The notes: generated by a model not told the origin, from the sequence alone. Shown: positions 1-12,775, counted from the whole stretch's first letter. The stretch is 61,396 nt of DNA, filler included, from Platydemus manokwari (GCA_037951405.1; 6 parts of 6 records of this genome joined end to end with filler, not necessarily neighbours in it); one strand, 5' to 3'. A program made the numbers and translations.

Positions 1-359
1 ATTACATTTATATTCGTTAATTAATATTTTTTATAATGCATATCTGAATGAATATAATTTAAAAATTTTCATAAAAAAAAATGTTTTTGGCAATTTTAAA
101 TGATTTTTAAGGTGCGTCTAAAAATTTTAGCCGGACTGTATATATATATATATGTTTGTGTGTGTGTATATATGATAACAATAATAATAATAGTTGTCTA
201 AAAATTCAAGTCTTTCTTTAAGATATTTATATGGTAACAGCAATCTATACATACTTTTTCCGACTCCGTCTCGATTTTTACTGAGTTCAGATTTGGTTTT
301 AAATTTTACTTTCAATTAAATATTTACGATAAATTGTAGAAATATTATTCTCTTTGTAG

Positions 360-612
360 AGTTCAACAATAATCCCACATCTCGTAATGATTCTCCTCCA
401 TGTTTAAGGTAATTACAAAAATTTTATACTACTAATAAAAATAAAGGAACCAAAATTGATAATTATATAAGTAATACTGATTTGGATTTTGAGGTTGGGA
501 TTGATTTAGGAAAAAATTTTATTCCAGACATTAATTTTTTTGTAGATTCAATTTTTGCAGGCATGCTTCATCTACAGCTGAAGTCATTCAAGAAATTCCG
601 ATGGCTCGATAG
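360..612 (+). CDS. Putative last two coding exons (360-408, 561-612) of an unidentified gene entering from the left
   Basis: tttgtAG acceptor at 358-359, GTaatt donor at 409, tttttgcAG acceptor at 559-560. Phases are compatible and give ...FNNNPTSRNDSPPCLRHASSTAEVIQEIPMAR* (TAG 610-612). No recognisable domain. Confidence 0.4.
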
Positions 613-1758
613 ATCTCTAAACCACGCCATCATGATAAACCCAATTTTACAATTTTTTTCATTTATTTAAAGGAAAAAAAACTTTCCTCTCACCAAATAT
701 CACAGTTCATTCGTTCTATACTCGATTTCATGCATCTTTGGTTGATTAGCTAATTTTATCCTTAATTTTAATTCCAGAAAAAAATTGAAGCAAGATAAAT
801 TCAATGATAAGATCACGACAGAGTTGTTTGATTAATTTTTTAGGAAATTTTTTTTTCTTTTCAGAAGAAAATCCGAAATTCATTTTTCCAGGGCAATCAA
901 AACGACAACAATTTATTTTGATTCTATTGAAAATGTTGCCAAAAAAAATTTTGTAGGGCGATTTGAAAATACAAAATAAATAAATCAGCTACAATTATTA
1001 ATTTATAATTAATTAATTTATATTAATTTATAAGGTTTTAATAATATTTTCATTATGTTTTAATGAATTTTAAAATTTTATAATAATCGAGTTTCATGTT
1101 AGACAGTTTAAGTGGTCGTAAATTTATTGAATTATCGGATCATTTGTGGTTTATCGTAAGATATTTTTACAAGATAATGAAGTTGTAAATCAACATAAAC
1201 AACGAATATTTGATTTATTATTATTCATTTTCATTTTCTTTATCTTTTTTATATCTTCACTTTAACTTATTTAAGTTTTCTTTAGAACCTCTTTATACCT
1301 TCCTCATTCTATTATATATTTTCATGTCATAAAAATTCGCCAAATCGAATCCAAATGAGTGATAGCCCCACTATTTTATAAAACATCCATTTAAAACGAT
1401 TGGAAAAGTCAAGATACTTTAAATAAATTAATATCTATGTCATAAGATTTATTAAAATACAAATTTGGTTCATTTTTCTAAGATAGATTTTGTCCTGCTT
1501 CTATCTCGAAGATTGTGACTTGTGACGTCATCGGCTCAGTGAAGGCACAGCCTTTTACAATGTTGCTTTCTTTTTTCACTCTTCTTGGGTCTCTTGGGGT
1601 TGGAAAAACTACTAGAAAAATCAAAAAAGTACAGAAGATAGGAATACAATTTTTATTGATAATAGCAGCTTATTAAGCTAACATCTGAAATACTATAATA
1701 ATTTTAAATAATTTTTAAATAAATTTTAATTGGAAAATTATTTTAATATTTTAGCCAT

Positions 1759-1922
1759 CCCTGATCAAGATTGAAAATCCAATCTCTCTAGAAAAAGAAA
1801 TTATATTTTGTTTAAAAAAATTGTATTGAGCGTTGGAATTAAATAAAATATAAGAAAATCGATGTAATGAGTTCTTTTATTGAAACATCAATTACAAGTG
1901 AAGTAGTCGCTACTAGCAACAA
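1759..1922 (+). repeat. Dispersed repeat family A, copy 1 (~165 bp)
   Basis: Colinear with 19705-19862 (shared cctgat..aagattga..aatctctctagaaaa..ttgaaacatcaatt.caagtgaagtag..gctacta). A partial reverse copy of the 3' end lies at ~24511-24540. Confidence 0.8.
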
Positions 1923-3814
1923 TCATTAATGCCTTAAGGAATTTAATCAATTCATAGTGCAATGAAAAATGAACGTTATAAGACATTAAAGAAAAGTCAC
2001 TCTCTATTAAATGGATTCCAATGATATGAATTTTCATTTAATAGATCTTCAGTAGTCTCTTGAAGTGAAATTTCTATGCGTGAGCTACACTGGTTAAAAG
2101 CTCCTTTTAGACACTAATTTTCATATGAGTGTTATATCGCTGACATATTTTCTTAATAATTTTATTTCTTCATAAAATGCAGCATATTGAATTCTGTTCT
2201 GACTAACATCTACTTATTTGTTATCAATTTCAGCTAATCTTATTATTGGTAGCCTTTTCGCCTGACTTACATTACTCATCTTTCACTTTTCTCTTTTAAA
2301 AATATCTTTAATCATTATCCTATGGTTTATTTTATTGTGTTTATTCTTATGCTGCTAACCTTTAATTATCTTCTTATTCATTCATTCATTTATTTTGTTT
2401 AATTTTTTATATTTATTTTATTAATTCTTCATATTCATGGCTAAAACCATAAATCACGTATTCATTGAAAAGTTCAAAAAAATTAAAAACCAAGGATCAT
2501 AAAATGTTTTGATTATTACCTGCTTCAGATCATTTCGTTGCTAGGACTGTCCCTGATTATCAAAATGTTTTGACAGAGCAGATATTACCAAATAGACATC
2601 AGAACAGATATTTTAAAAATGTTAACAGTATTGCATGTCAGAATCATGATAATATCATGATGAAACATTTTGATTGGATTTGGATTTTGAGATCAAAGGA
2701 TTTCGAATTCAAATATTGAAATTTTATTTAGGCATCGAGGTCTACACACCGGCTCTCCACTAGTTCTTCTCTATTTTTCTTCAACTCTTCTCCTTTTTAG
2801 ACTGTAACCAGGTAATGGGAACTTTAGCTTCCTTATCATTTTCTTTTTCTGTTAGCCCATGTTTTCTGGATGTATTGACATATCTCACCTTTTCCACTTT
2901 TCGTATGAGCTGAGAGCAATGTGCATTTTCTCTGAATTCACTATCTGAATGTACAACAAGGCTATTGTCAACATTATCAATAAATCCTTGAAATCATCAA
3001 GAAACATTCCAAGCATTCAGAATCAGAAATAATGAATATTTATATGCGTTCAAACTTCCTAATTTCAATTGGCCATGTACGAATTCGAATTAAGTCGAAA
3101 TTTGGACTGATATCAGAGTTTTTGAATTGTAAAGATGTCAAAACCTTAAGATGACTGAACTTAGGAAGTGATACATGGTGGTTGGGAGATCTTTGAAGGG
3201 ATTGGTTTGAAATTGGTTTAAGAAGTATTAAGTGGATATAAAAATATTTCAATTTCATTAAATATAATGTTTGTAAGGGCATTTTTGAAATAAAGAGTTC
3301 TTTGAAATTTGTTATTATGAGATCGGATACCCTAAATTTTATAAAAAGATTATTAACTTCAGAAATGAGATATTTGATAAATAGAGTTAATAAGCATTGT
3401 GTAGAGAATGTATGATAATATTAAGATGTTACATGTATCTCTCTTAATGATCAAGAAACAGTCCACCATATATGTATATTGTGTCAAATACGATGTATAG
3501 TTAGATAAAAAGCTATTCTTCGTATGCGATACAATAGAGGGTGCTTTTATGGGATTTTAAATTAATTTAATTTTATTAAAATGATTATTATGTTATTTTA
3601 AAATACCTTTGTATTTGAAATTGAGATTTGATAAAAAGAATCAATTTGATTTCTTACAAAATTTTTCGAGAACACTTGTAACAGCATCTTATTAAAGGTC
3701 TTAAAGGACTTAACGTTTTCTTCACCGCCTTTCAAAACACACCATCAGAAAATAAAGCTAACCCAATGAATGGGTGGTAACAGAAATTTTAAAATCATCA
3801 ATCACATGCAGGTT

Positions 3815-3870
3815 CTTTCAGATAAATTGAATGGGGTTGGTACAATGAGGTTGAATCGATAATTTAGCGT
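3815..3870 (-). mobile_element. Possible Tc1/IS630-like transposase remnant
   Basis: Minus strand reads PHCTNPIQFI*KNL, resembling the SPxLNPIExxW motif with W converted to TGA. Single short motif only. Confidence 0.25.
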
Positions 3871-4689
3871 AAATTCTTTATTCTTTCACGTACTGAATGA
3901 CCTATGCACGATTCGTTCCTGTTTTTGAAAGTGATTTGATGGAAGTTTATGTGTAACATACTTGAGTGTTATTTGTCGCTATAATTATAATTATTGTCTC
4001 ATATTAACTTTTATTCGATCATTTATTCGAGCTTATATTCCAAGAAAATGAAAGACATTTTCTATCGATTTATTAAATTATTAGAAATCCATAAGAATCT
4101 CTTTGAAAAAAAATCATTTTATCGGACGGAACAAAACCGTTTGATAAATGCCAAGAGAAATATTTTTACAATCCGATATGAATTAGGAAAATCACCCCAT
4201 TAAAACAATTTCCATTTTGCTTCGAGATCTCAAAGCTAAATGGCAAATTCAAAACGAGAATATGAATCACGAAATATTTCAATTTTCGCTCTAAATTTCA
4301 GTATATTTTAATCCACTTATTTATCAATATCAAAATTTTCTACATTCTGGATGCAAAAACAATCTTGGTAGCGAGAGAAATACTCTTGAGTTGTTTGGTT
4401 ATTTTTGTTGTAATATTTTCCAAACGTATTTCCAACAAAAAATTTTTTTTCAAATAATTTGCTATCAATTTTTAAAATATTACTGACTATTTTGATGATA
4501 AAGTTAAATTAAGCACGATAACAACAATGACCTTGACATGGTTAATATATTACTTAGTTACCATTAATTGTACAAAAATAGAACTCGTATTTGCTGTATG
4601 ACAATGTAATAAATCTGGAATAAATGAAAATTGAGATATTATAAATAAATTAAATTTTTAATTCAGATTTAATTCTAATTTTAAATAAA

Positions 4690-4782
4690 ATCAAATTTGT
4701 TTAAATATTTAATTTAAATAGATTTTGGTGTCTTAACATTTCTGTTTTAATGTGTGGTTTTTAAATAGTAGCAGCTAACAAA
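4690..4782 (+). repeat. Dispersed repeat family B, copy 1
   Basis: Core tggtgtc..ttttaatgtgtggtttttaaatagtagcagct recurs at ~38370-38462 (+), ~57668-57780 (-) and, more diverged, ~30390-30460 (+). Confidence 0.7.
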
Positions 4783-7700
4783 AATAAACACACTTTTGAT
4801 TATTTTCGTATTTTGTAATTGAAGAAGATTTTTTCTAAAATTCAATTCGAGACCATATTATAAAATGCTTCCTATTTCAAGCTAAATATTGTTGCGATAA
4901 TCCTGAACAATTAATTAATTGCTGAATCCAAAACCTAGAATGCTAAAACTATTTTTCGACTGCGTACTGCTCAGTACGACTTAGTAAATAATACACTCGA
5001 AAATATTTTTGGATTTCTCAGCATTTTTCAATAAAATGAAGAGATTAACAAGTATATTTTTAAATATTTTAATTTTTAAAATTTTAATTTTTTAATTTTA
5101 ATAAATTATTAAAAATACCTTTGAATAATTTGTTTTAATAGTTCAATCAAATATACTTTTTATGGATTAAAGTTCACAAATCGATTTCCAAATTTCTAAG
5201 AGCCAACAGTAATCAATTCTAAAAATATCAGCGCAGATTTCATTTTATTTTGCTTTGATATAAAACTTAAAATTTCCAAAATCAACAACAAAATATCCAG
5301 ATAAAATAATGAATAATAATGATTTTCTCACCTTATCGATACATGGTACCACAGATAAATGACACGGTTTGTTATCTTTATCGTATGAATGTATTTTTCA
5401 AGAACAAATTAGAAGAAACTTTGGAACAGTTTTATGTGAGCGTTTTAGTACTTGCTAAAAGGAATCACCTGTATTATTTATATTTTATTTATTTTAATTA
5501 ATAGTTGTAATCAGTACACTTCGTATTCGAAACGAGATGATTTTCATTTTTTAAGCGTAATAAAAAAAACCACAAAACGGCTTAGCACGCTTCATCAAAA
5601 TTACCGTTGACTGATACCTTGGAAGCGACCTGGGAAAAGTATAAAACAAAAATGAAAATGAAAAACAAAACATTAAATTAAAATGTATTAAAAAATAATA
5701 TTGAAAATGTTGAGATTAGAGATTCAATCAACAAACACACTCTCAAACTACAACAGCTATATTTTATCAATAAATTATATCAATGGGAACTTTGATAATA
5801 AACAAATATAATGGCACAGTGTATCAATTCGATGCATATTATTTCATCTCTACCGCTATCGATTTCCCCCTCTCTATATTGTTGATTGTACACAAAGAAA
5901 AATACCGAACTGTGGGTAAAATTGTCATTTTTATTAGTGGTAAAGTTTTTATGCTGTTTTACCAGCAGGATTCTTTATCTATTGGCTAGTTTTATAAATG
6001 TCAATAAGTTGTCATATCAATAATAAATATGAGGAGTCCAGCAAATGAAAATCAATGATAAAAAACAAAGTAATAAAAATCAATTGACTCAAATTCATGC
6101 GAAGAATTAAAGTTGAAATGTTTTAAGATAAAAATAAACAAAATCTAACTAAAACGGAATAATTCCTAAAATAAATGTATTATTTCTAAAAATAATTTTT
6201 TAAATAAAATAGTTTTAAAATTAAACTATAAAATTAATTATTTAAATTATTTAGTTTGTTTAAATAGATTAAAAGACAAAGTCAGTAAATAAAATTTTAA
6301 ATTAATAAATTAATTGGTATTTATAAATGCCAAGTCAATAGCAGAAAATTTGCTGCACAGTGGTTGGAGCAAAAATCAGCAAAAAAAAAGATTGTCATTT
6401 TCGGAAAAAAAGCCAAATCAAGAATTTTATCAGGAATTTTAACAAAACAGTTCCAGACGGGTTATTTCGGTTTTTATTATTTTTATATTATATTGTTAAG
6501 GATATTCGAGAATAGTCATTCAGAACATAGGTAAAAAGGTAGATTAAAGTGTTAATAGATACATAACAATATTTGCTGACTATGGTAGTTTTGTGCAGTA
6601 ATAGTACGTACTCACGTAATAGTAAGGCTGCTGCTAGCTGATCCTCAGTTGGTACTTGCAGTTTTGTATTCGAGCATGATTTTATTGTCGAATAAATTTT
6701 TAATTATTAAAGCTTAATTGATCAACTTATCTGTCTTTTGGAGTCAGATTAATAAGTTTACGTGTATTAGGTTGTGCTCTATATCAGGCAGATCTAACAA
6801 ATCAGCAACAATCCATGAACAAAAGAATTAAATGAATCAAATATCAGAATAAGAAATTCACTGAGTCCATATAATAAATTAACCAGCTAATCAAAATATT
6901 CTAATCAGGTACCATAATGCTGAGAAAAAATGAAAATAATCGGAATAAATTATATGATACGGATTAAAATCACGATTTTATAAGCAGTAGTCTCTGAGTT
7001 CATTTCGCGCAATATTCCGAAGTATGAAGAATAGCAATCAATAAATAAATACAATTTCAACAAGAACATACTTTAGTGAAGAACACAATTTATTTAGTTC
7101 AGAGTTAACAAATTCATATTCATTACAACTAAGAGTTCATAACGCATATTTAATTTATAAATATTCCGATTTTCCTTGAAGTAGCCTGCAATTTCTGGTA
7201 GATTTTTGATTCAGTTAAATTTTATTTTAGAAAGATTTATTGCTAAGGCAACTGTATCCAAGTCATTATCAAAAAACCTTCAGAGACTATCAATATGTTT
7301 TCTGTTTAATAGTTGGTTTCATAATTCATAAAGACTGTATCAATCATTGATTTTTGTTTTTGGATTTGTGATTTGGACTAAACTCCCCTTAGTAACTAGC
7401 TTATTAATAAGATTAGTTTGAAAAATGCTTAATCAGAATTGTGCTTTGTTATAACTTATTGGGTCAACATAAATAGAAAGAGAGAATTAAGTTAGAAATT
7501 GAATTATAGTTACCGAGTTGAAGTAGAATTTTGAATAATAATCAAAATTAATTCGAGCTTGACGTGGTTTATTCTTAATTCAATAATTTTAAATCGATTA
7601 GCGCTAGTGAATTACATTACTCTATCGTCGCTGATTCCTATTTCATCTGTAACTGATATCGAAACTAAAGAACTATCCCCGTCATTAACTGTTTATTTCG

Positions 7701-8699
7701 ACCGAAGTCTAAATTTTGGTAATACAACCTCTATAATAATCTCTTCTGAAAATCAACCTAACAACCAAAATTTTCATAATTAACGACTGTTGTTTTTGGA
7801 ATAGATTATCACAAAATTTCTGGTAATGGAAATCTTAATCAGATTGGTGCTCCATTTATACCGATTTTCTCGCACTACTGTGCAGTAAAAATAATCAATT
7901 TCTTTGTATTTCAATCCTAAACTCTTCCCAACACCTTGATCCAATATTACGAAGATATATTTATAAATCATAAACTTTTCCAAAAGGTTGTGATCATTAT
8001 TTGTACCATTTTCAGCTGGTAGTGTATACATTAACCAATAAATTGAAATAAAATTATGTTGGTTATTGATCGAAAAGTTAACGATCATGTCCATATTTTT
8101 TATTAAGTTATCATCGATTATCATTTGTTTCACTTTTCCCATCATTGTAGAATTCAAATAAACAATACAGAGTGTCCTTACTTACGCAATTCCCATAGGT
8201 TAAATGTCGACGCGACAAAAAACAATACAAGGCTAATACTATTGAGTTATAAAAAGGAATCACAAACACTGGTTTAGGACAAGATAATAACAGAAAGATG
8301 GAAGGAGCTCGTATGTATCAAAATATAAAGTTAAGAAAAAGATGTTATTTTTAATATAAAACACATCGAGAAAAAAGCCGTGATTGTGATCTTGAATGAG
8401 ATCAGTTTTATTCTACGTGAAGATCTAATTGGACAATGATGACAATGCAAGTCCATTGTGTTCAAGAGCCATTTTGATAAAGGGAAAAAGAAAATCGAAA
8501 ATAAAATATGAATATTGTTGACTCCACTAAAAATTTCACGATTTATGTTTGATCAATTTTTCTGTTTATGTAGAATAGAAAAGTCCATAACCAATATCAT
8601 GAATAAACATTTTAAGGATAACAAAAAATAACAATAAAAATAAGGCCACAATGTATGGAAGAACGCCAAATATTACGCACGGGAAATTAATACGTCTAT

Positions 8700-8939
8700 T
8701 CATACATTTGAACCTCCTACTATTCTTGTTATAAGATTAATGTTTGCATTGACGCTGATGTTGTATTTACTTAACAACTCTTCATTCTCTAACGTCTCTC
8801 CAGAAAATGTTAGTCGTTGTTCACTAATGGAAATTCCTATTTTTTCAACTATTTTCTGCTTCAGTTGCAGCACGGTTTCATGTGGAAATATTTCCAAAGA
8901 ATTGATTGACCCATTCATCTCTCTCACAAATATGTTCAT
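8700..8939 (-). CDS. Stand-alone divergent ubiquitin-like protein, 79 aa, with GG at 75-76 and an SNV tail
   Basis: Intact single-exon ORF, ungapped and colinear with ubiquitin (31/76 identities counted by hand), including QRLxFxG, LE, LSxYNI and RxxGG. Confidence 0.9.
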   Translation of the reverse strand: MNIFVREMNGSINSLEIFPHETVLQLKQKIVEKIGISISEQRLTFSGETLENEELLSKYNISVNANINLITRIVGGSNV

Positions 8940-9319
8940 TGCATGAAAATTTCTTCAAAATTTAAATTCAAAGCTTTCTGATTTAACAGGAAGTTAAATC
9001 AAAATATGATCTTAATAATTTTAAAACATCCTTCAAGAAGTAATACTAAATCAAATGGTTTAAACAAATATCAATTAGGCCATAAATATTTAATGAATAT
9101 TTATTGCAATTGTGTTTGATTATTTACCTCTTTATCAAACATATGTATTTTAGAACTGTCGGAATAATCTGATAGGTAAAATGTTTTTTTGTAAATAATA
9201 AATTAAGATTCTAAAATAAGCATAATCCTTATAGACGAAAAATTTCAACATGTTTTCCTATTTTAAGGAATATATCATCCAAATGATTCAAACTTTTTGT
9301 TAATTTTATTGACAATTTA

Positions 9320-9419
9320 NNNNNNNNNNNNNNNNNNNNNNNNNNNNNNNNNNNNNNNNNNNNTTAATTAATTAANNNNNNNNNNNNNNNNNNNNNNNNN
9401 NNNNNNNNNNNNNNNNNNN
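9320..9419. other. Artificial scaffold spacer (44N-TTAATTAATTAA-44N)
   Basis: Identical 100-bp structure at 9320-9419, 19543-19642, 28578-28677, 40983-41082 and 50588-50687. The 12-mer places stops in all six frames. Confidence 0.95.
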
Positions 9420-9943
9420 AATAATCAAGATGAAGGAAATTATAATAATAGAGATTATAATAAATAAAATAATAATACAAAAATTCGTATAGAAAAATTA
9501 TACTAAATAAATGTTGGCGAATTCATGATTAATAAATGATTACAGTAGCGAAAAGAAAATAATTTTATAATATAATAGGAAAATGAAAATAATAAAATAT
9601 TTTCGGCTGTATGCCGTAACTCACTTGCTTTCAGATGTTAAATTATTTGATATATTTATATCCATTCATTGATAATTCAATAGCTACACTATAGTGTGAA
9701 ACATTGACGATTTTGATGAAAATTAAACTAATTCTTGAAATAATGTTCATAAGTTCATAGAATCAGAAATAAGGCCCACTTAAATTAATTCTACTCTGTC
9801 ATATATATGATTCAAAAATTATTTCAAGAAAATTTTCATTCTATTGAATTTTAACTTTAGATGAAAAAAATTTATCATTGTTTTGTTAAATCATTTTTTC
9901 AATTAGGTTCATATTCAAATATTATTTTATTTAATTAAAATTT

Positions 9944-11650
9944 ATGCGAACATTTAATTTATTATGCTCTGGGAAATCTGTATTAGAAAAGTCTAGTTTT
10001 AAAAATTATATTCTTAAAATTATAAAGCATACTGGTCCTATAAATGTCCACAATTTTATGCGAGAAATGCTGACTAATGATAAACATGTAAATAAAAGAT
10101 TGATGATTATTTTGATATTTTGGTATGACAGGGTTATTATATTCATGGAAATGTTTTCGGAAGTAAGGGAGATTATATAACATCTCCGGAAATATCACAA
10201 ATTTTCGGCGAAGTAATTTCACTTTAATTTTTATATATTATTATTTAGATTTGTTAGTTAATTGGGATTTGGATAATGAATGAATGGATAAATCAAAGAA
10301 AATGCCATCCATTTCAAATCGTAGAATTGGGTCCTGGGAGAGCAACAATGATTCATGATGTTTTAACTGTCGGTTACTAATTTCTGGGTTGATTTTATCA
10401 TAATCAATTTTAGGCCATTAACAAGTTTCCAGATTTGATAAATGTTTTATCCATCAAATTGATTGAAATCAGCCCTAAATTGCGAAAATCACAAGAAAGT
10501 GTATTGAAACAATGTTTCAATAAGTTGGGTCGTGAAGTTCCTGTGGAATGGTTTGATCAGTTGGATCATGTTCCAAAGGGAATTCCATCGTGTTATTTAG
10601 CTCATGAATTTTTTGATGCTCTTCCTATTCATAAATTTAAAGTTATTCATTATTAAGTTAAATTAAATGAATGATAATTAAATAATGATCTACATATTAG
10701 TTTGAAATGAAAATATAAATCTTTGTTTGTTTTCGATGGAAATGGAAATGATTCTCGATAACTGATAAATCATAGATTTAAAATACTTGTTTAAATTGCT
10801 TATTGTTATTATTTCGATTTTGCCGGCTTGAATAATTTAACTTTTTCCTTTTTAATGAATTACATTGAGTTCCTTCATGCAGAGAGATAACGATGGAAAA
10901 TGGCGAGAGATTTTAATCAATGTCGAAAATAATGAATTGAAATTTATTTTATCCCACAAAGAAACACCGGCAACTTTGGCATTTAAGAATGTAATTTGAG
11001 AGAGAATAAAAAACTGTTGAATATTGATTGTAGATTCTCGACAAATATGGTGATTTGAATGACTTTGAATTGAGTCCGATGTCTTTATCGATTCTTGATA
11101 ATATTGCTTCGCGTATATCTGAATCGGGTGGATTTGGATTGATAGCTGATTATGGGCATCTTGGTGATAAAGGAGATACTTTTCGTGTTGGAAAAACTAA
11201 CTTATTTTAATTTTGTTTTTAATTTCCATAATAGGCATTCAAAGATCATCAACTTTCCGATCCGCTGAAAAATCTCGGCGAAAGCGATATGACGGCCGAT
11301 GTTAATTTTCAATTATTTCAACAACATTTGCGAACGAAATTTTTGGGAAGATGTTTATTAATTTACAATTGTGGCAATGGTTTTTCATGGAATTCGTTTT
11401 TATTTTAGTATCAATCCATGGACCGGTGTATCAGAAATCGTTTTTGAGGAATATGGGTATTGATGTTCGATTAGAAATGTTGTTACGTCATTGCAAATCG
11501 ACATCGGAAATGAAATATTTGATTCGTTCATATCAATTGATGATGGATTGTAAAGAAATGGGTGATCGATTTAAATTTTTATCGATTTTACCTTTGCTTG
11601 ATTGTTATTCAGATCAATATTTACCAGCGGGATTTTGTGAATTGAGATAA
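9944..11650 (+). CDS. NDUFAF7: Mitochondrial protein arginine methyltransferase NDUFAF7/MidA, 394 aa. Exons 9944-10087, 10132-10212, 10258-10368, 10414-10641, 10883-10990, 11034-11186, 11235-11352, 11409-11650
   Basis: All introns are GT-AG and the joined frame is open (1185 nt). Family motifs: GPI..[94 protein letters not shown], PAGF. Confidence 0.95.
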
Positions 11651-11740
11651 ATTTAGATTTTTCAATACGGAAAATTTTGTGTGTGTTTTATTTAATGTTG
11701 CTCACATTTTGTATTTATTTTTATCAAGATTTTTATTATG

Positions 11741-11903
11741 ATTTATACTGTATTAACATTATGGGAAAATGATTCACTGACCTACAGGATATAGGGGGAT
11801 ATCAAATTTATTGATCCATATTTATACTGTATTAACATTATGGGAAAATGATTCACTGACTTACAGGTTAATAGTGGGATATTAAATTTATTGATCCATA
11901 TTT
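11741..11903 (+). repeat. Two-copy tandem duplication, ~80-bp unit
   Basis: atttatactgtattaacattatgggaaaatgattcactgac..acagg..ata..gggatat.aaatttattgatccat starts at 11741 and again at 11820, with few differences. Confidence 0.9.
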
Positions 11904-12679
11904 GTATCAGTTGGCGACGAATTTTACTATTAATTCTCAAAGCAAATGTTATTCGGTCATTGAAAGAGAGAATATCTGGAGAATAAGGACTGCATTTAGC
12001 GATATTATTTACTTTGCTTTTATATTCACATTCTGATTTCTTAATGATAATTGTAAAATATTGGTAAGAAAAATTTCACATTCCACAAAACGTTAATATA
12101 TCGAAAGGTTTGTTTTATTACAAAGTGCGATCTCAAGTTTGGAAAATAAACTTCAAAATGCACAGAAAAGGTTCAGTATCTTTTCAAATATAATTTTCGA
12201 GAAAACTAATAATGTTCAGTCGTTCAAAAAATTTATAATTCAAGAACTTGTAATAAGATTAGAGTAAATATTGCTCTCGTTTGCAAATAGATTTAGTTTA
12301 TTGTTGGATATAGTTTTGGTCATTCCATGCTACTAATCTGCTTCTTTCCAAATATAGGTTGTGTGTAAAATCATTTAAAATGAGAAAAAACGTAAAGCAA
12401 TACATTTTTGTAGAGTGGCTTCAAAAACAAACTTTTATAGTAATAGGAATGACTTTAGTTCGAAAGAACGTTAGAGGACGATTTTTACGGTTGTGAATAA
12501 CCTGTTTTTAAGAGTTTCCACTTATAGATTTAATTCATTGGTCAACTTCCTTTACGAGTGATGATCAATTAGAAAAGATTGTAAAGGCATTGTTACATTT
12601 AATTAAAAAGCTATACATCGTTTTTTGAATTTTCTTTGTCTGGTAATTTCCCTTCTGGTTTAAAAGTCATACTTTTGGT

Positions 12680-12775
12680 TTTGTGCTTATGCTAGGTACG
12701 CTACTGTATGGATTTAAGTGTGGATAATTTAGTTTCCTGTATTTTGCGACATTGGGTGCCAAACGAAGCATTAAA
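12680..12775 (-). mobile_element. Possible decayed LINE APE-endonuclease fragment
   Basis: Minus strand reads IQETKLSTLKSIQ*, matching the QETK motif of APE endonucleases. The surrounding sequence is degraded. Confidence 0.3.

Noticed and set aside
5319-5560. MVPQINDTVCY resembling the BRWD/PHIP VPQxGDxVxY motif, with possible splice sites
   Set aside because: Single short match; the following residues do not continue the family pattern and no other exons were found.
8700-8939. Calling the ubiquitin-like ORF ubiquitin, NEDD8 or FAU/FUBI
   Set aside because: Only ~41% identical to ubiquitin, has R72 rather than the NEDD8 A72, and no S30 (KVHGSL) exon was seen downstream.
9364-9375. Recurrent palindrome TTAATTAATTAA, five times across the window
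   Set aside because: Always centred in exactly 44+44 Ns, so it is a synthetic six-frame-stop scaffolding linker. It also means adjacency across spacers (such as the head-to-head ubiquitin-like gene and NDUFAF7) is unproven.
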